The position numbers and the translations under genes are program-made. A DNA stretch of 32,000 nt, from contig JAIZWK010000001.1 in assembly GCA_021498095.1 (NCBI GenBank), positions 3,990,001 through 4,022,000 on the forward strand. Reading direction: 5' to 3'. This document shows, piece after piece, positions 1 to 8,318 of the stretch. Position 1 is the stretch's first letter; every line of letters begins with the position of its first letter. The DNA is from Candidatus Harpocratesius repetitus. Its GTDB lineage: Archaea > Asgardarchaeota > Lokiarchaeia > Sigyniarchaeales > Promethearchaeaceae. A model generated the notes under the pieces. It was given only the letters and a program-made list of their open reading frames with translations, did no database searches and had not been told where the DNA came from.

Positions 1-457
1 TAACTTCAATTCTAGAAAAATCTTTGCAATATTTAAGAAAATCTGATACTTCTTCAGGAAATATTCCACTTTTTTGAGGCTCCTTTCCTATATTCACTTG
101 AATTAATACAGATATCTTTTTATCAAAAGATATACATGCATTTTGCATTTTTAAAACAATTTTCATACGATCTACAGATTGTACTTCATCAAAATGTGCA
201 ATGATATCTTTTATTTTATTAGATTGAATGTGACCGATAAAATGCCATCGAATTTCCCTTAAATGTTTTAATGAAAGAATTTTTGGAATAGCATCTTGAA
301 CATAATTTTCCCCAAAATCTCGTACACCCCATTTATAAGCAGCTTCAATATATTCTATGGGTTTCCTTTTAGATACAGCCACTAAAGTGATTCCAGGGGA
401 AATTTTAATTTTATCTAAATTTGCTGCAATAAATTCAAGGTTCTCTATAGTGTTCAT
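1..457 (-). CDS. yggS: YggS/PLPBP family pyridoxal-phosphate-binding protein, truncated by the window edge and absent from the ORF track
   Basis: Manual translation from ATG at 457 gives MNTIENLEFIAANLDKIKISPGITLVAVSKRKP...GVRDFGENYVQDA...RWHFIGHIQSNKIK...QSVDR...LIQVNIGKEPQKSG. The VAVSK, FGENY.Q, WHFIG.IQSNK and QVN...E.QKSG motifs are diagnostic. A GAGGAG SD-like sequence lies at 468-473. Confidence 0.93.
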   Translation of the reverse strand, partial: MNTIENLEFIAANLDKIKISPGITLVAVSKRKPIEYIEAAYKWGVRDFGENYVQDAIPKILSLKHLREIRWHFIGHIQSNKIKDIIAHFDEVQSVDRMKIVLKMQNACISFDKKISVLIQVNIGKEPQKSGIFPEEVSDFLKYCKDFSRIEV

Positions 458-675
458 GATAACATGACTCCTCTTTTTGATTCTAATACCGCTTTCAATA
501 TATTAGTTATGTTAATTTCTTTAATATCCTATATTTCTTTACTAATGGATGATTAAATTTGAGTCTTATATAAAAACATTTAACTCCTGAAAAAGAAACT
601 TTCGTCACTTTCATTATTTATCCTCACCAGAATCAAAAAAAATACTGATTTAATAAGTTGATAATGATAATCATA

Positions 676-690
676 GAGAAAAAGTTTAAA
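676..690 (+). promoter_or_regulatory. Probable BRE/TATA element of the thermosome promoter
   Basis: GAGAAAAAGTTTAAA is a purine-rich BRE followed by TTTAAA, about 95 nt upstream of the ATG at 786. A GAGGT SD-like sequence precedes the ATG. Confidence 0.45.
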
Positions 691-785
691 ATTTTTGATG
701 ACTTAGACTTCCTCAGATCATCTATTTTAAATTCATAAATTACAGAGACCAGTAAGTCTCAAATTTAACAGATGAGGTAAAAATC

Positions 786-2447
786 ATGTCACAATTAGGT
801 GGAGTCCCAATTTTAATTCTTAAAGAAGGTGCAGAACGCACTCGTGGGCAAGATGCTCGAGAAAAAAACATTCTCGCCATTCAAGCAGTAGCAGAAGCAG
901 TTAAAACCACCCTAGGACCTCGAGGAATGGATAAAATGCTTGTGGATTCTTTAGGGGATATAACTGTTACAAATGATGGTGCTACCATTTTAGATAATTT
1001 AGAAGTGGAACACCCCGGGGCAAAAATGGCAGTGGCAATCTCAAAGACACAAGATGATAATGTTGGGGATGGAACAACATCCAGTGTAATAATTGCAGGA
1101 CATTTATTGACAGTTGCAAATGAACTAATGTCGCAAGGTATTCACCCCAGCATTGTTGCACGTGGATTTAATTTGGCAGGTAAAAAAGCAAGAGAAATCT
1201 TGAAAGAAATTGCAGAAAAAATTGATCCTGCAAAAGATAAAGAAATTTTAAAGAAAATAGCAACTACAACAATGAATTCAAAAGGAATTAGTGGTAATAA
1301 AGAATTCTTTGCAGATTTAGCTGTTGAAGCCTTTAATAAAATTAAAGATGATAAGAATGGAAACAATATGGCAAGAGTCAAAGATATCATCGTTGTAAAG
1401 AAAAAGGGACGTTCTATCCAAGAATCTGAAATTATTGAAGGTATTATTTTAGAAAAAGAGCCAACTCACCAAATGATGCCAAAATTAATCAATGATGCTA
1501 AAATAGCTTTGGTAAATCAAGCCTTTGAAATTAAGAAGACAGAATTTTCTAGCGATCTCCGAATTTCAAATCCAAATGACATTCAATCATTTTTAGATCA
1601 AGAAGAACAGATTTTACGCCACTTCGCAGATAAATTGAAAGAAGTAGGCGCTACTGTTGTGATTAATCAAAAAGGTATTGAAGATACTGCTTCTCACTTC
1701 CTTAACAAATATGGAATTGTGGCAGTAAAATCAGTAACCAAAAGTGATTTGGAAAAATTGAAGAAAGCAATCGGTGGTAAGATTGTAGAAAATATCGAAT
1801 CCATTACAGCAGATGATTTAGGAAAAGCTAAGAAAGTAGAATTTAAGAAAATTGCCGGGGACGATTTGTGCTTCATTTCTGGATGTGAAAATCCAAAAGC
1901 AATTTCTATATTACTACGAGCAGGTGTTAACAGCGCATTAGAAGAAGCAGAACGAACATTACATGATGCACTTTGTGTAGTAGCAAGTACGTATGATCGT
2001 GCTGAAATTGTTGGTGGTGGTGGAGCTGTAGAAATGGAAATTTCACAGAGACTGGTCCAATTTGCAGCAACTCAATCTGGTAAAGAACAGATCGCTATTG
2101 AAACATTTGCTCGAGCTATGGAAATTATTCCAATTACTTTGGCAGAAAATGCTGGTTTAGATCCAATAAATATAATTGCCGAACTTCGAACTGCACATTC
2201 CAAACCTGGAAATGAGTTTATGGGTTTAGATATTTATCAAAATAAAGTAGTTAATAATAAGGAAGCCGGAGTTATTGAACCTGTCGCCAACATTGATCAA
2301 ATTATTAAATCTGCCACAGAACTTTCTGTGATGATTTTACGGATTGATGATATGATAAAAGCCAAAGCCTCCAGTGGTGGAGGTGGAGCTCCAGGCGGCA
2401 TGGGTGGTATGGGTGGCATGGGCGGTATGCCTCCAGGTATGATGTAA
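786..2447 (+). CDS. ths: Thermosome subunit (group II chaperonin)
   Basis: Motifs TTLGPRGMDKMLVD, TNDGATIL, GDGTTS and GGGAVEME, with a C-terminal (GGM)n tail. Confidence 0.98.
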   Translation: MSQLGGVPILILKEGAERTRGQDAREKNILAIQAVAEAVKTTLGPRGMDKMLVDSLGDITVTNDGATILDNLEVEHPGAKMAVAISKTQDDNVGDGTTSSVIIAGHLLTVANELMSQGIHPSIVARGFNLAGKKAREILKEIAEKIDPAKDKEILKKIATTTMNSKGISGNKEFFADLAVEAFNKIKDDKNGNNMARVKDIIVVKKKGRSIQESEIIEGIILEKEPTHQMMPKLINDAKIALVNQAFEIKKTEFSSDLRISNPNDIQSFLDQEEQILRHFADKLKEVGATVVINQKGIEDTASHFLNKYGIVAVKSVTKSDLEKLKKAIGGKIVENIESITADDLGKAKKVEFKKIAGDDLCFISGCENPKAISILLRAGVNSALEEAERTLHDALCVVASTYDRAEIVGGGGAVEMEISQRLVQFAATQSGKEQIAIETFARAMEIIPITLAENAGLDPINIIAELRTAHSKPGNEFMGLDIYQNKVVNNKEAGVIEPVANIDQIIKSATELSVMILRIDDMIKAKASSGGGGAPGGMGGMGGMGGMPPGMM

Positions 2448-2495
2448 TATTTAATACTCAAAATAGAGTTACAAATTAGTATATTTAATTTATCA

Positions 2496-2518
2496 CTTTT
2501 TTTCATCTCTTTTCTTTT
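2496..2518 (+). terminator. Oligo-T archaeal terminator-like tract after the thermosome gene
   Basis: Pyrimidine tract containing T7 at 2497-2503, about 50 nt after the stop codon. Confidence 0.4.
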
Positions 2519-2553
2519 ATCAATCTTTACTAAAAATCTAATTATTGATTTTT

Positions 2554-3106
2554 CGGCTATTTTTAATTACGAAGGATCAATTCACTAACACCTCGGTTTG
2601 AATTTTTTTCCCCCATTTTTCGTTTGATTGAAATAATCGTTTAATTTCTGAATTATTCCACTCATTAAAGAGAATTTTTGGGCTAAATCGGTGTGGAACA
2701 ATGGCATTTCCTAAGATTTCGTGTTAATTTGTGATTGTAATTTATGCCTGAAGTCGCTGTTCTAAACCCTCAGGTGTTTTAGGACCAGTTTAATGCACGC
2801 GAGTCTTAATCCTACTATTAATATTCTCCGCCAGATTATTTGATATAACTTTTGCCACAAATAGTCTTGTATTTCCTTAATAATAACTGTAACTGATGAA
2901 AGCACATTTTTTGCCAGTTTGAGATTTTTATAAAAAAGACTATTTTTGCATATCCCTGCTTTTCATTGTCAAAAGCTTTAAAATGGTACACGCTTTGCTT
3001 AAAAATTTCAGAATAATTGCCAACAAATTTTTTTTGAATTAAAATTTTGAAATAATTTAAAAAATAAGGCTTTTCTTAATTGATCCTTCATTCTTAAAAA
3101 TAGTCG
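2554..3106 (-). mobile_element. Non-autonomous, internally deleted IS derivative (MITE-like) with imperfect TIRs and a decayed transposase C-terminus
   Basis: The reverse complement of 2553-2582 (aattgatccttcgtaattaaaaatagccga) matches 3078-3107 (aattgatccttcattcttaaaaatagtcga) at 26/30 positions. ATTTTT flanks both ends (2548-2553 and 3107-3112). An internal minus-strand frame carries a transposase-like motif. Confidence 0.7.
2577..2843 (-). pseudogene. Degraded DDE transposase C-terminal fragment
   Basis: An 89-codon frame reads SNNLAENINSRIKTRVH*TGPKTPEGLEQRLQA*ITITN*HEI...EVLVN*, with three internal TAA stops. N-x-x-E-x-x-N-x-x-x-K resembles the catalytic Glu helix of DDE transposases. 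The terminal TGA lies inside the left TIR. Confidence 0.55.
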
Positions 3107-3294
3107 ATTTTTCATATATTGTATGATTTTCATTGCAAGAGATGATTTTTCCGTTTATAATCGTTTCATTTCTATGAGTTCACTGGATAGATGTGTATGT
3201 GAATATTTAATATTCTTTCCCTAAGCTGTGATAAGAATTGGGCTTCCAATTATTCATAATCAGCATTTTCTTTGAGTAACACAGAAACAAAATC

Positions 3295-3915
3295 TTGGTA
3301 ATTCAAATGCATCATCATCACTCAATTAAAAATAATGAAATGGAAGCACCTCACGAACCTGTTGTAGGTGCAATAATTGCAATAACAGTCGTTTCGATTG
3401 TAATGAACGCATTATTTACTCATATGTGGTTTAGTATCATAATTCAAATCATACTATTCATCCATTTAGTTAAATGTATTATTGAATACTTGCAAAATGC
3501 AGAAGCCCGAAGGAATTATCAGTACCACACAGAAATAAATGAAGTTATTCAAATATGGGTCGCATTAATTATTGTATCCATCATTATGAGAGTATTATTT
3601 GATGGACAGTGGTTCGCTCAAATAGCACCTGCAGTTCTAAGAATTAAAGCGATAGAAATTACAGTGCTTTATTTAGTGACCCTTACCCAGCGCAATCACC
3701 AGAAACAATTACAAAGTACAACTATTTATGTGCAACAACCAATATATACTTCAGTTCAATCAGTTGACACGCAAACAACTGAAAAAATCTATAAACCCAC
3801 CAAATTCACAACTTCAAATGAAGAAAACCTTATCCACTACTGTCCAATTTGTGGTGAAAAGACCGATTCAAGCGCAAGTTTTTGCCCATACTGTGGAACT
3901 GATTTAAGACGCTAA
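3295..3915 (+). CDS. Membrane protein with a C-terminal zinc ribbon (ATG at 3307 is the likelier start)
   Basis: About four hydrophobic segments, a Q/T/S-rich linker, and C-terminal CPICG-x9-CPYCG. Confidence 0.8.
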   Translation: MVIQMHHHHSIKNNEMEAPHEPVVGAIIAITVVSIVMNALFTHMWFSIIIQIILFIHLVKCIIEYLQNAEARRNYQYHTEINEVIQIWVALIIVSIIMRVLFDGQWFAQIAPAVLRIKAIEITVLYLVTLTQRNHQKQLQSTTIYVQQPIYTSVQSVDTQTTEKIYKPTKFTTSNEENLIHYCPICGEKTDSSASFCPYCGTDLRR

Positions 3916-3935
3916 AATTTATTTATAAAATGCGA

Positions 3936-3954
3936 TTTTTCTCCTTTTTTTCTT
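3936..3954 (+). terminator. Oligo-T terminator-like tract
   Basis: TTTTTCTCCTTTTTTTCTT lies about 20 nt after the stop at 3915. Confidence 0.4.
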
Positions 3955-4118
3955 AATTCTCTTATTCATTTCAATTTTTTACCATTCTTATGATGATTTG
4001 GAATTTTGTCCATATAGATCACTTAATAAATGTATGAATTAGAAACTTTTTTTTAGGTGTGTTGTTCTCAATCAATTAGGAAATCTTTCATTGGAATTTA
4101 GATACAGAAGGCTTTAAA

Positions 4119-4448
4119 GTGAACTTTAATCGATTTATCGCAACATCCCGCCGGTTTGACAATGTGACATTCCAACAAATGGTTGAAAAAATAAGCATTA
4201 CAACACATGTAAGTCCGACATTGTTATGGGAATATGGAGTTAATGCATTAGAAGAATGGTCTCAAACAACTGGTAAAAACATGGAGCATCTCTTTTTAAT
4301 GCGAAATTTGGAGCGTTCAGAAAATATTTCAGATATTTTAAAGAAATTTCAGGAAAAACTAGAACCACTGGTTACTTCGCCCAAAATCTTGAATAAAACT
4401 CTTAGTATTGCCAATGTGGGTTATGAATTGATGTTTGGCGGTATATAG
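4119..4448 (+). CDS. Hypothetical protein, predicted helical
   Basis: 109-codon ORF with a GTG start that fills the gap between co-oriented genes. No motif recognised. Confidence 0.6.
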   Translation: MNFNRFIATSRRFDNVTFQQMVEKISITTHVSPTLLWEYGVNALEEWSQTTGKNMEHLFLMRNLERSENISDILKKFQEKLEPLVTSPKILNKTLSIANVGYELMFGGI

Positions 4449-4540
4449 TGTAAAAGTCTAAATAGTGCATTGAAGATTTGATCAGTTGTGAAATAATATT
4501 TAGAAATTATATTTTTAACGCTTAAAGAATTATATTATCC

Positions 4541-5434
4541 ATGGGAAATTATCGAATTATTTCAACGTTTGAAATATTTGAACAATTTTGGGAAAAAAAT
4601 AAAGATTTGCCAATTCAGAAGCAAATATCGACTTTTGCAGAAATCTTTGAACATAAAAATCCTGAATTGTGGCATATGCAAATTGATTGCTATAAGGAGG
4701 ATGGTTGGGATTGGAAAAAAATAGCTGAAACGCAAGTTTTTCCAAAATTTCCACACGCAGTTCCCAAAATGCGACCTATTTTTGAGAAATTGAATAATAT
4801 AATTCCATGGATATTTATCAAAGCAGTTCAAAAAATGCAGTTTTCTTTTGATGTAAATTTCGTTCTTTACGTGGGAATTGGGTGTGGTGCGGGATGGGCA
4901 ACTAAATTTAATAAGAAAAGAGCAGTTCTCATGGGATTGGAGAATATTATTGACTGCGGTTGGCATTCAAATGAAACTTTAGCAGGATTGATCGCACATG
5001 AATTGGGTCATTTAGTTCATCAAGAGTGGCGCGATCAAGTAAACCTTCCCAATAAAGTGCAAGGAGATGATGCATTTTGGAATCTCTATGAAGAAGGTTT
5101 TGCTATGCGGGCTGAACATAAAATAATGAACTCTGAGTCTTTTCATGAAGCAGAAGGTAAAGAAAATTGGATATCCTGGTGTTATTCACATCGAAATTGG
5201 TTGGCAAAAGAATATTTACGTTCTTTAAGAAATGATGAAAAAATAAGACGTTTTTTCGGATCATGGTTTGAAGTGCAAGGATATAAACAAACAGGATATT
5301 TTCTTGGACATGAAATCTTAAAAGAATGGGAAATCCAAGATAAATTATCATTCAAAGAAATAGCATTACTTCCTTTGGATGAAATAAACAATCGAGTGCG
5401 CCAAACTTTGGAACAATGGATAAAAAATGAATAA
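4541..5434 (+). CDS. Putative Zn-dependent metalloprotease (gluzincin-type, DUF2268-like)
   Basis: HELGH (HExxH) is followed about 30 aa later by LYEEGFAM (third-ligand Glu motif), and by a C-terminal GYFLG motif. Confidence 0.75.
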   Translation: MGNYRIISTFEIFEQFWEKNKDLPIQKQISTFAEIFEHKNPELWHMQIDCYKEDGWDWKKIAETQVFPKFPHAVPKMRPIFEKLNNIIPWIFIKAVQKMQFSFDVNFVLYVGIGCGAGWATKFNKKRAVLMGLENIIDCGWHSNETLAGLIAHELGHLVHQEWRDQVNLPNKVQGDDAFWNLYEEGFAMRAEHKIMNSESFHEAEGKENWISWCYSHRNWLAKEYLRSLRNDEKIRRFFGSWFEVQGYKQTGYFLGHEILKEWEIQDKLSFKEIALLPLDEINNRVRQTLEQWIKNE

Positions 5435-5462
5435 ATTTTAAAAAATTGTAAAAAGATTATTC

Positions 5463-7067
5463 TTATTTTTCAAGAGATAATACCGCATTAACTGCCTTTT
5501 TCCATCGTTTTATTTTTTCCGTACGGATGTGTGGCTCCATTTTGGGTGAAAATTCTCGATATTCTTGCTGTAATCCCTGAAGCTCTTTAAAATCCTTCCA
5601 AAATCCAACCGCAAGTCCTGCAAAATATGCTGCCCCTGTTCCTGTCATATCACTTTCTGGAGCTCTCATAACTTTAACATTAGTAAAATCAGCTAAACAC
5701 TGCAGTTGAATATCAGATTTAGAAACACCGCCATCCACCTTGATTTCAGTCAATTGGATTTTCGTATCATGCTGCATGCCTTCAAGAATATCATAAGCTC
5801 TTAGTGCTAATCCTTCTAATACTGCACGGCATACATGTCGTCGATGAGTGGATAAAGATAATCCAAAAATAGTTGCACGGGATTTGGGACTGAAATATGG
5901 AAAACTGATACCTGATGGTGTGGGGATGAAAATTACACCTTCCGTATCATCTGTTTGGGCAGCAAATTCATTCAGCATTTGAGCAGTATCTGAAACCCCA
6001 ATTCCTTCTCCCAACCAATCAATTAATGTTCCTGCAGTAGTAACTTGACCTTCGAGCATATAAGTAATTTGGCCATTGATTCTCCAAGCAATTAGGGGAA
6101 ACAAACCGCGTTTCGAGAGTTTTGGTTTAGGTCCGACAGTCATATCAACAAAAGCACCCGACCCTTGCGAAATTTTAGTATCACCAGGATGAAAACAGCA
6201 ATGACCGAAAAGAGCAGCCATTTGATCACCAACGCTTGCCCCAATTGGTATGCTGTGTCCAAAGAAAACTTCAGGATCAGTGGAACCAAAATCATCTGCT
6301 GTATCTAACACCTTAGGAAACATTGCTGGGGGATGTGGAATATCAAAAATCTTGAAATAAGTTTTATTCCATTCCAAATCAAATGGATTATACATAGATG
6401 TGCCGCTGGCATTCGTTACATCTGTATAGTGGTGCTTTCCATTGGTTAATTTGTATATAAACCATGTATCCAGTGTACAAAAATGAATTTCATTATTTTT
6501 ACAGCGCTCATATAATTCATGACCTGAATGTTGTCTATCTCGGTATTTTACTTCACGTTGTTCAAACAGCCATTTCAGACGAGGAATTCCTAATACTGGA
6601 CTCATATGAACCATTTTAGTGGTTAAAAGCATAGGAGAACCCGTGATTCGTCCAGCGATTCCTGCAAATCCGCGTAAAAGTCGATAAGAAAATTGAGTGT
6701 CACATCGTTTAGCCATATCAGCAGCTCTTACATCTGCCCAACTGATAAAATTAGTGATTGGTTCCCCTGTCTCTTTTTCAACTAAACAAAAAGATCCTCT
6801 TTGATTAGTTATTCCAAGTGCAGCTACTTCCTCAAGTGAATACTCTGAAGATTCAAAAACAGTATTAACAACTTTCAACAATGCTTCCCACAAAATCTGT
6901 GGATCATGTTCAATTGCACCTTCTTCAGGAAATGAAGGAGGAGTTGTTTGATATGCCCGATTTACAATTTTCCCATTATGGTCAAACAATAAAGCTCGAA
7001 TTCCAGTGCTTCCACTATCTATAGCTAAAATATTTTTTTTTTTTTCATTGATCGAAATAGATTCCAT
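5463..7067 (-). CDS. FGGY-family glycerol kinase, GK5-like
   Basis: Motifs DSGSTGIRA, GITNQRGS, SWADVRA, DTW.IYKLT.G, TD.TNAS.T, GDQ.AALFG.CCF, RAVLEGLA, VDGGVS and GAA.FAGLAVGFW. Confidence 0.9.
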   Translation of the reverse strand: MESISINEKKKNILAIDSGSTGIRALLFDHNGKIVNRAYQTTPPSFPEEGAIEHDPQILWEALLKVVNTVFESSEYSLEEVAALGITNQRGSFCLVEKETGEPITNFISWADVRAADMAKRCDTQFSYRLLRGFAGIAGRITGSPMLLTTKMVHMSPVLGIPRLKWLFEQREVKYRDRQHSGHELYERCKNNEIHFCTLDTWFIYKLTNGKHHYTDVTNASGTSMYNPFDLEWNKTYFKIFDIPHPPAMFPKVLDTADDFGSTDPEVFFGHSIPIGASVGDQMAALFGHCCFHPGDTKISQGSGAFVDMTVGPKPKLSKRGLFPLIAWRINGQITYMLEGQVTTAGTLIDWLGEGIGVSDTAQMLNEFAAQTDDTEGVIFIPTPSGISFPYFSPKSRATIFGLSLSTHRRHVCRAVLEGLALRAYDILEGMQHDTKIQLTEIKVDGGVSKSDIQLQCLADFTNVKVMRAPESDMTGTGAAYFAGLAVGFWKDFKELQGLQQEYREFSPKMEPHIRTEKIKRWKKAVNAVLSLEK

Positions 7068-7180
7068 TATATTCTATTGGAGCCAAAGTGCTTGATAAGC
7101 TTTTCTTTCGTATTTTATCAATTTTATTGAATAAAATTAATTCTATTTGGAAAAATAAAAAATGAAAAATAAAAAAATGA

Positions 7181-8161
7181 TTATCCACCTACATATTGAC
7201 CCAACTTTCTTCCATGAACTCCATAAAAAAGGAATGTCACTACCGAAAGAGCGCTCATTGTCGCCATATAATCAAAATTTAACAAGATTCCTTTAATATA
7301 ATTCACTAATGAAATACGTGTTATGAATGGTGTTTGAGTGTAAAAATCATTCCTAAAGATAATTGAAACAAAAAGTAATAATATACCAGATAGTAAATAT
7401 ACAATCGCAGTACGAGAGAATACTCTATTCTTTGCTGAAGCTCTTTTTTGCTGAGAAAAATATCTAAAAAGATTATATAAAATTAAAAAAGATACAAGAA
7501 TAACACCATCTATATCAAAAAATGATACATAGATGAGTCCTAAGATAAATAAAAATAAGTTAAATAAAGAAGCAACAAGTTGGGTAGGATATAAAGGCAC
7601 ATTCAACAATTCAGGATTAATTCGAATTACTTTTGATTTCATATTTGAATATTTAACGCTAAATGAACCATTTGTTGGTTTTCCATAACAACAACCGTAA
7701 TTATAGCAACCAATTCTTCCTATAAAGAGAGAAAGAGTAGCACCAAATGTTACAGCATCTAAAAATATAATAATATTTATATGCTCCATCCAACAAACAA
7801 TGATTGCCCCAATTCCTATGCCCATCAAACCCCCTTGATTATACATGGTAGTTTGATTTAAATTATAAAGAAAATTTTCAAAATATTTTAGCCCATCTAT
7901 AAAAACTTGAAAAAATTTTGTGAAAAATAACATTGAAAAAAGCATGATTCCCAACGGAACAATTGTTGGATGATTGAAATAAATTCCTTTACTATTTAAA
8001 TAGAATAATAATAATGAGTTAGAAAAAAAGATACTTACAACCATAATCAAACCGAAATTCACTATTTGGAAATTCTTTCCCTTATACAATATTGGATTCT
8101 TATTCAATGAGAGAAAGGGCTTTATCAGATATGAAAAGATCTTCTCCACCTTCTTATTCAT
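7181..8161 (-). CDS. Prolipoprotein diacylglyceryl transferase (Lgt)-like polytopic membrane protein
   Basis: GRIGCYNYGCCYGKPT and LYPTQL match the Lgt signature region. Y-x3-R-x6-R is present in the C-terminal helix, and there are multiple TM segments. Confidence 0.8.
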   Translation of the reverse strand: MNKKVEKIFSYLIKPFLSLNKNPILYKGKNFQIVNFGLIMVVSIFFSNSLLLFYLNSKGIYFNHPTIVPLGIMLFSMLFFTKFFQVFIDGLKYFENFLYNLNQTTMYNQGGLMGIGIGAIIVCWMEHINIIIFLDAVTFGATLSLFIGRIGCYNYGCCYGKPTNGSFSVKYSNMKSKVIRINPELLNVPLYPTQLVASLFNLFLFILGLIYVSFFDIDGVILVSFLILYNLFRYFSQQKRASAKNRVFSRTAIVYLLSGILLLFVSIIFRNDFYTQTPFITRISLVNYIKGILLNFDYMATMSALSVVTFLFYGVHGRKLGQYVGG

Positions 8162-8318
8162 GGATGGCCTTTATATTCAATTTAAAATAAATTTTTTTAA
8201 AAAAATACTATTTGTACATTAGAATTGTCAAAAAAAAATCATTTTTGATGTGTTTTTTTTCATCACCTTATTATGTGAAAACGAAAAATTTAAGATAATA
8301 TATGGAAAATAATTATTA

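Noticed and set aside
685-770. Short inverted repeats in the thermosome promoter (GATGA-N16-TCATC; GAGAC-N6-GTCTC)
   Set aside because: Five-bp arms are expected by chance and are not repeated at other chaperone promoters in the window.
2385-2444. 9-bp GGM-coding repeats at the end of the thermosome gene
   Set aside because: This is a well-known chaperonin tail and not novel.
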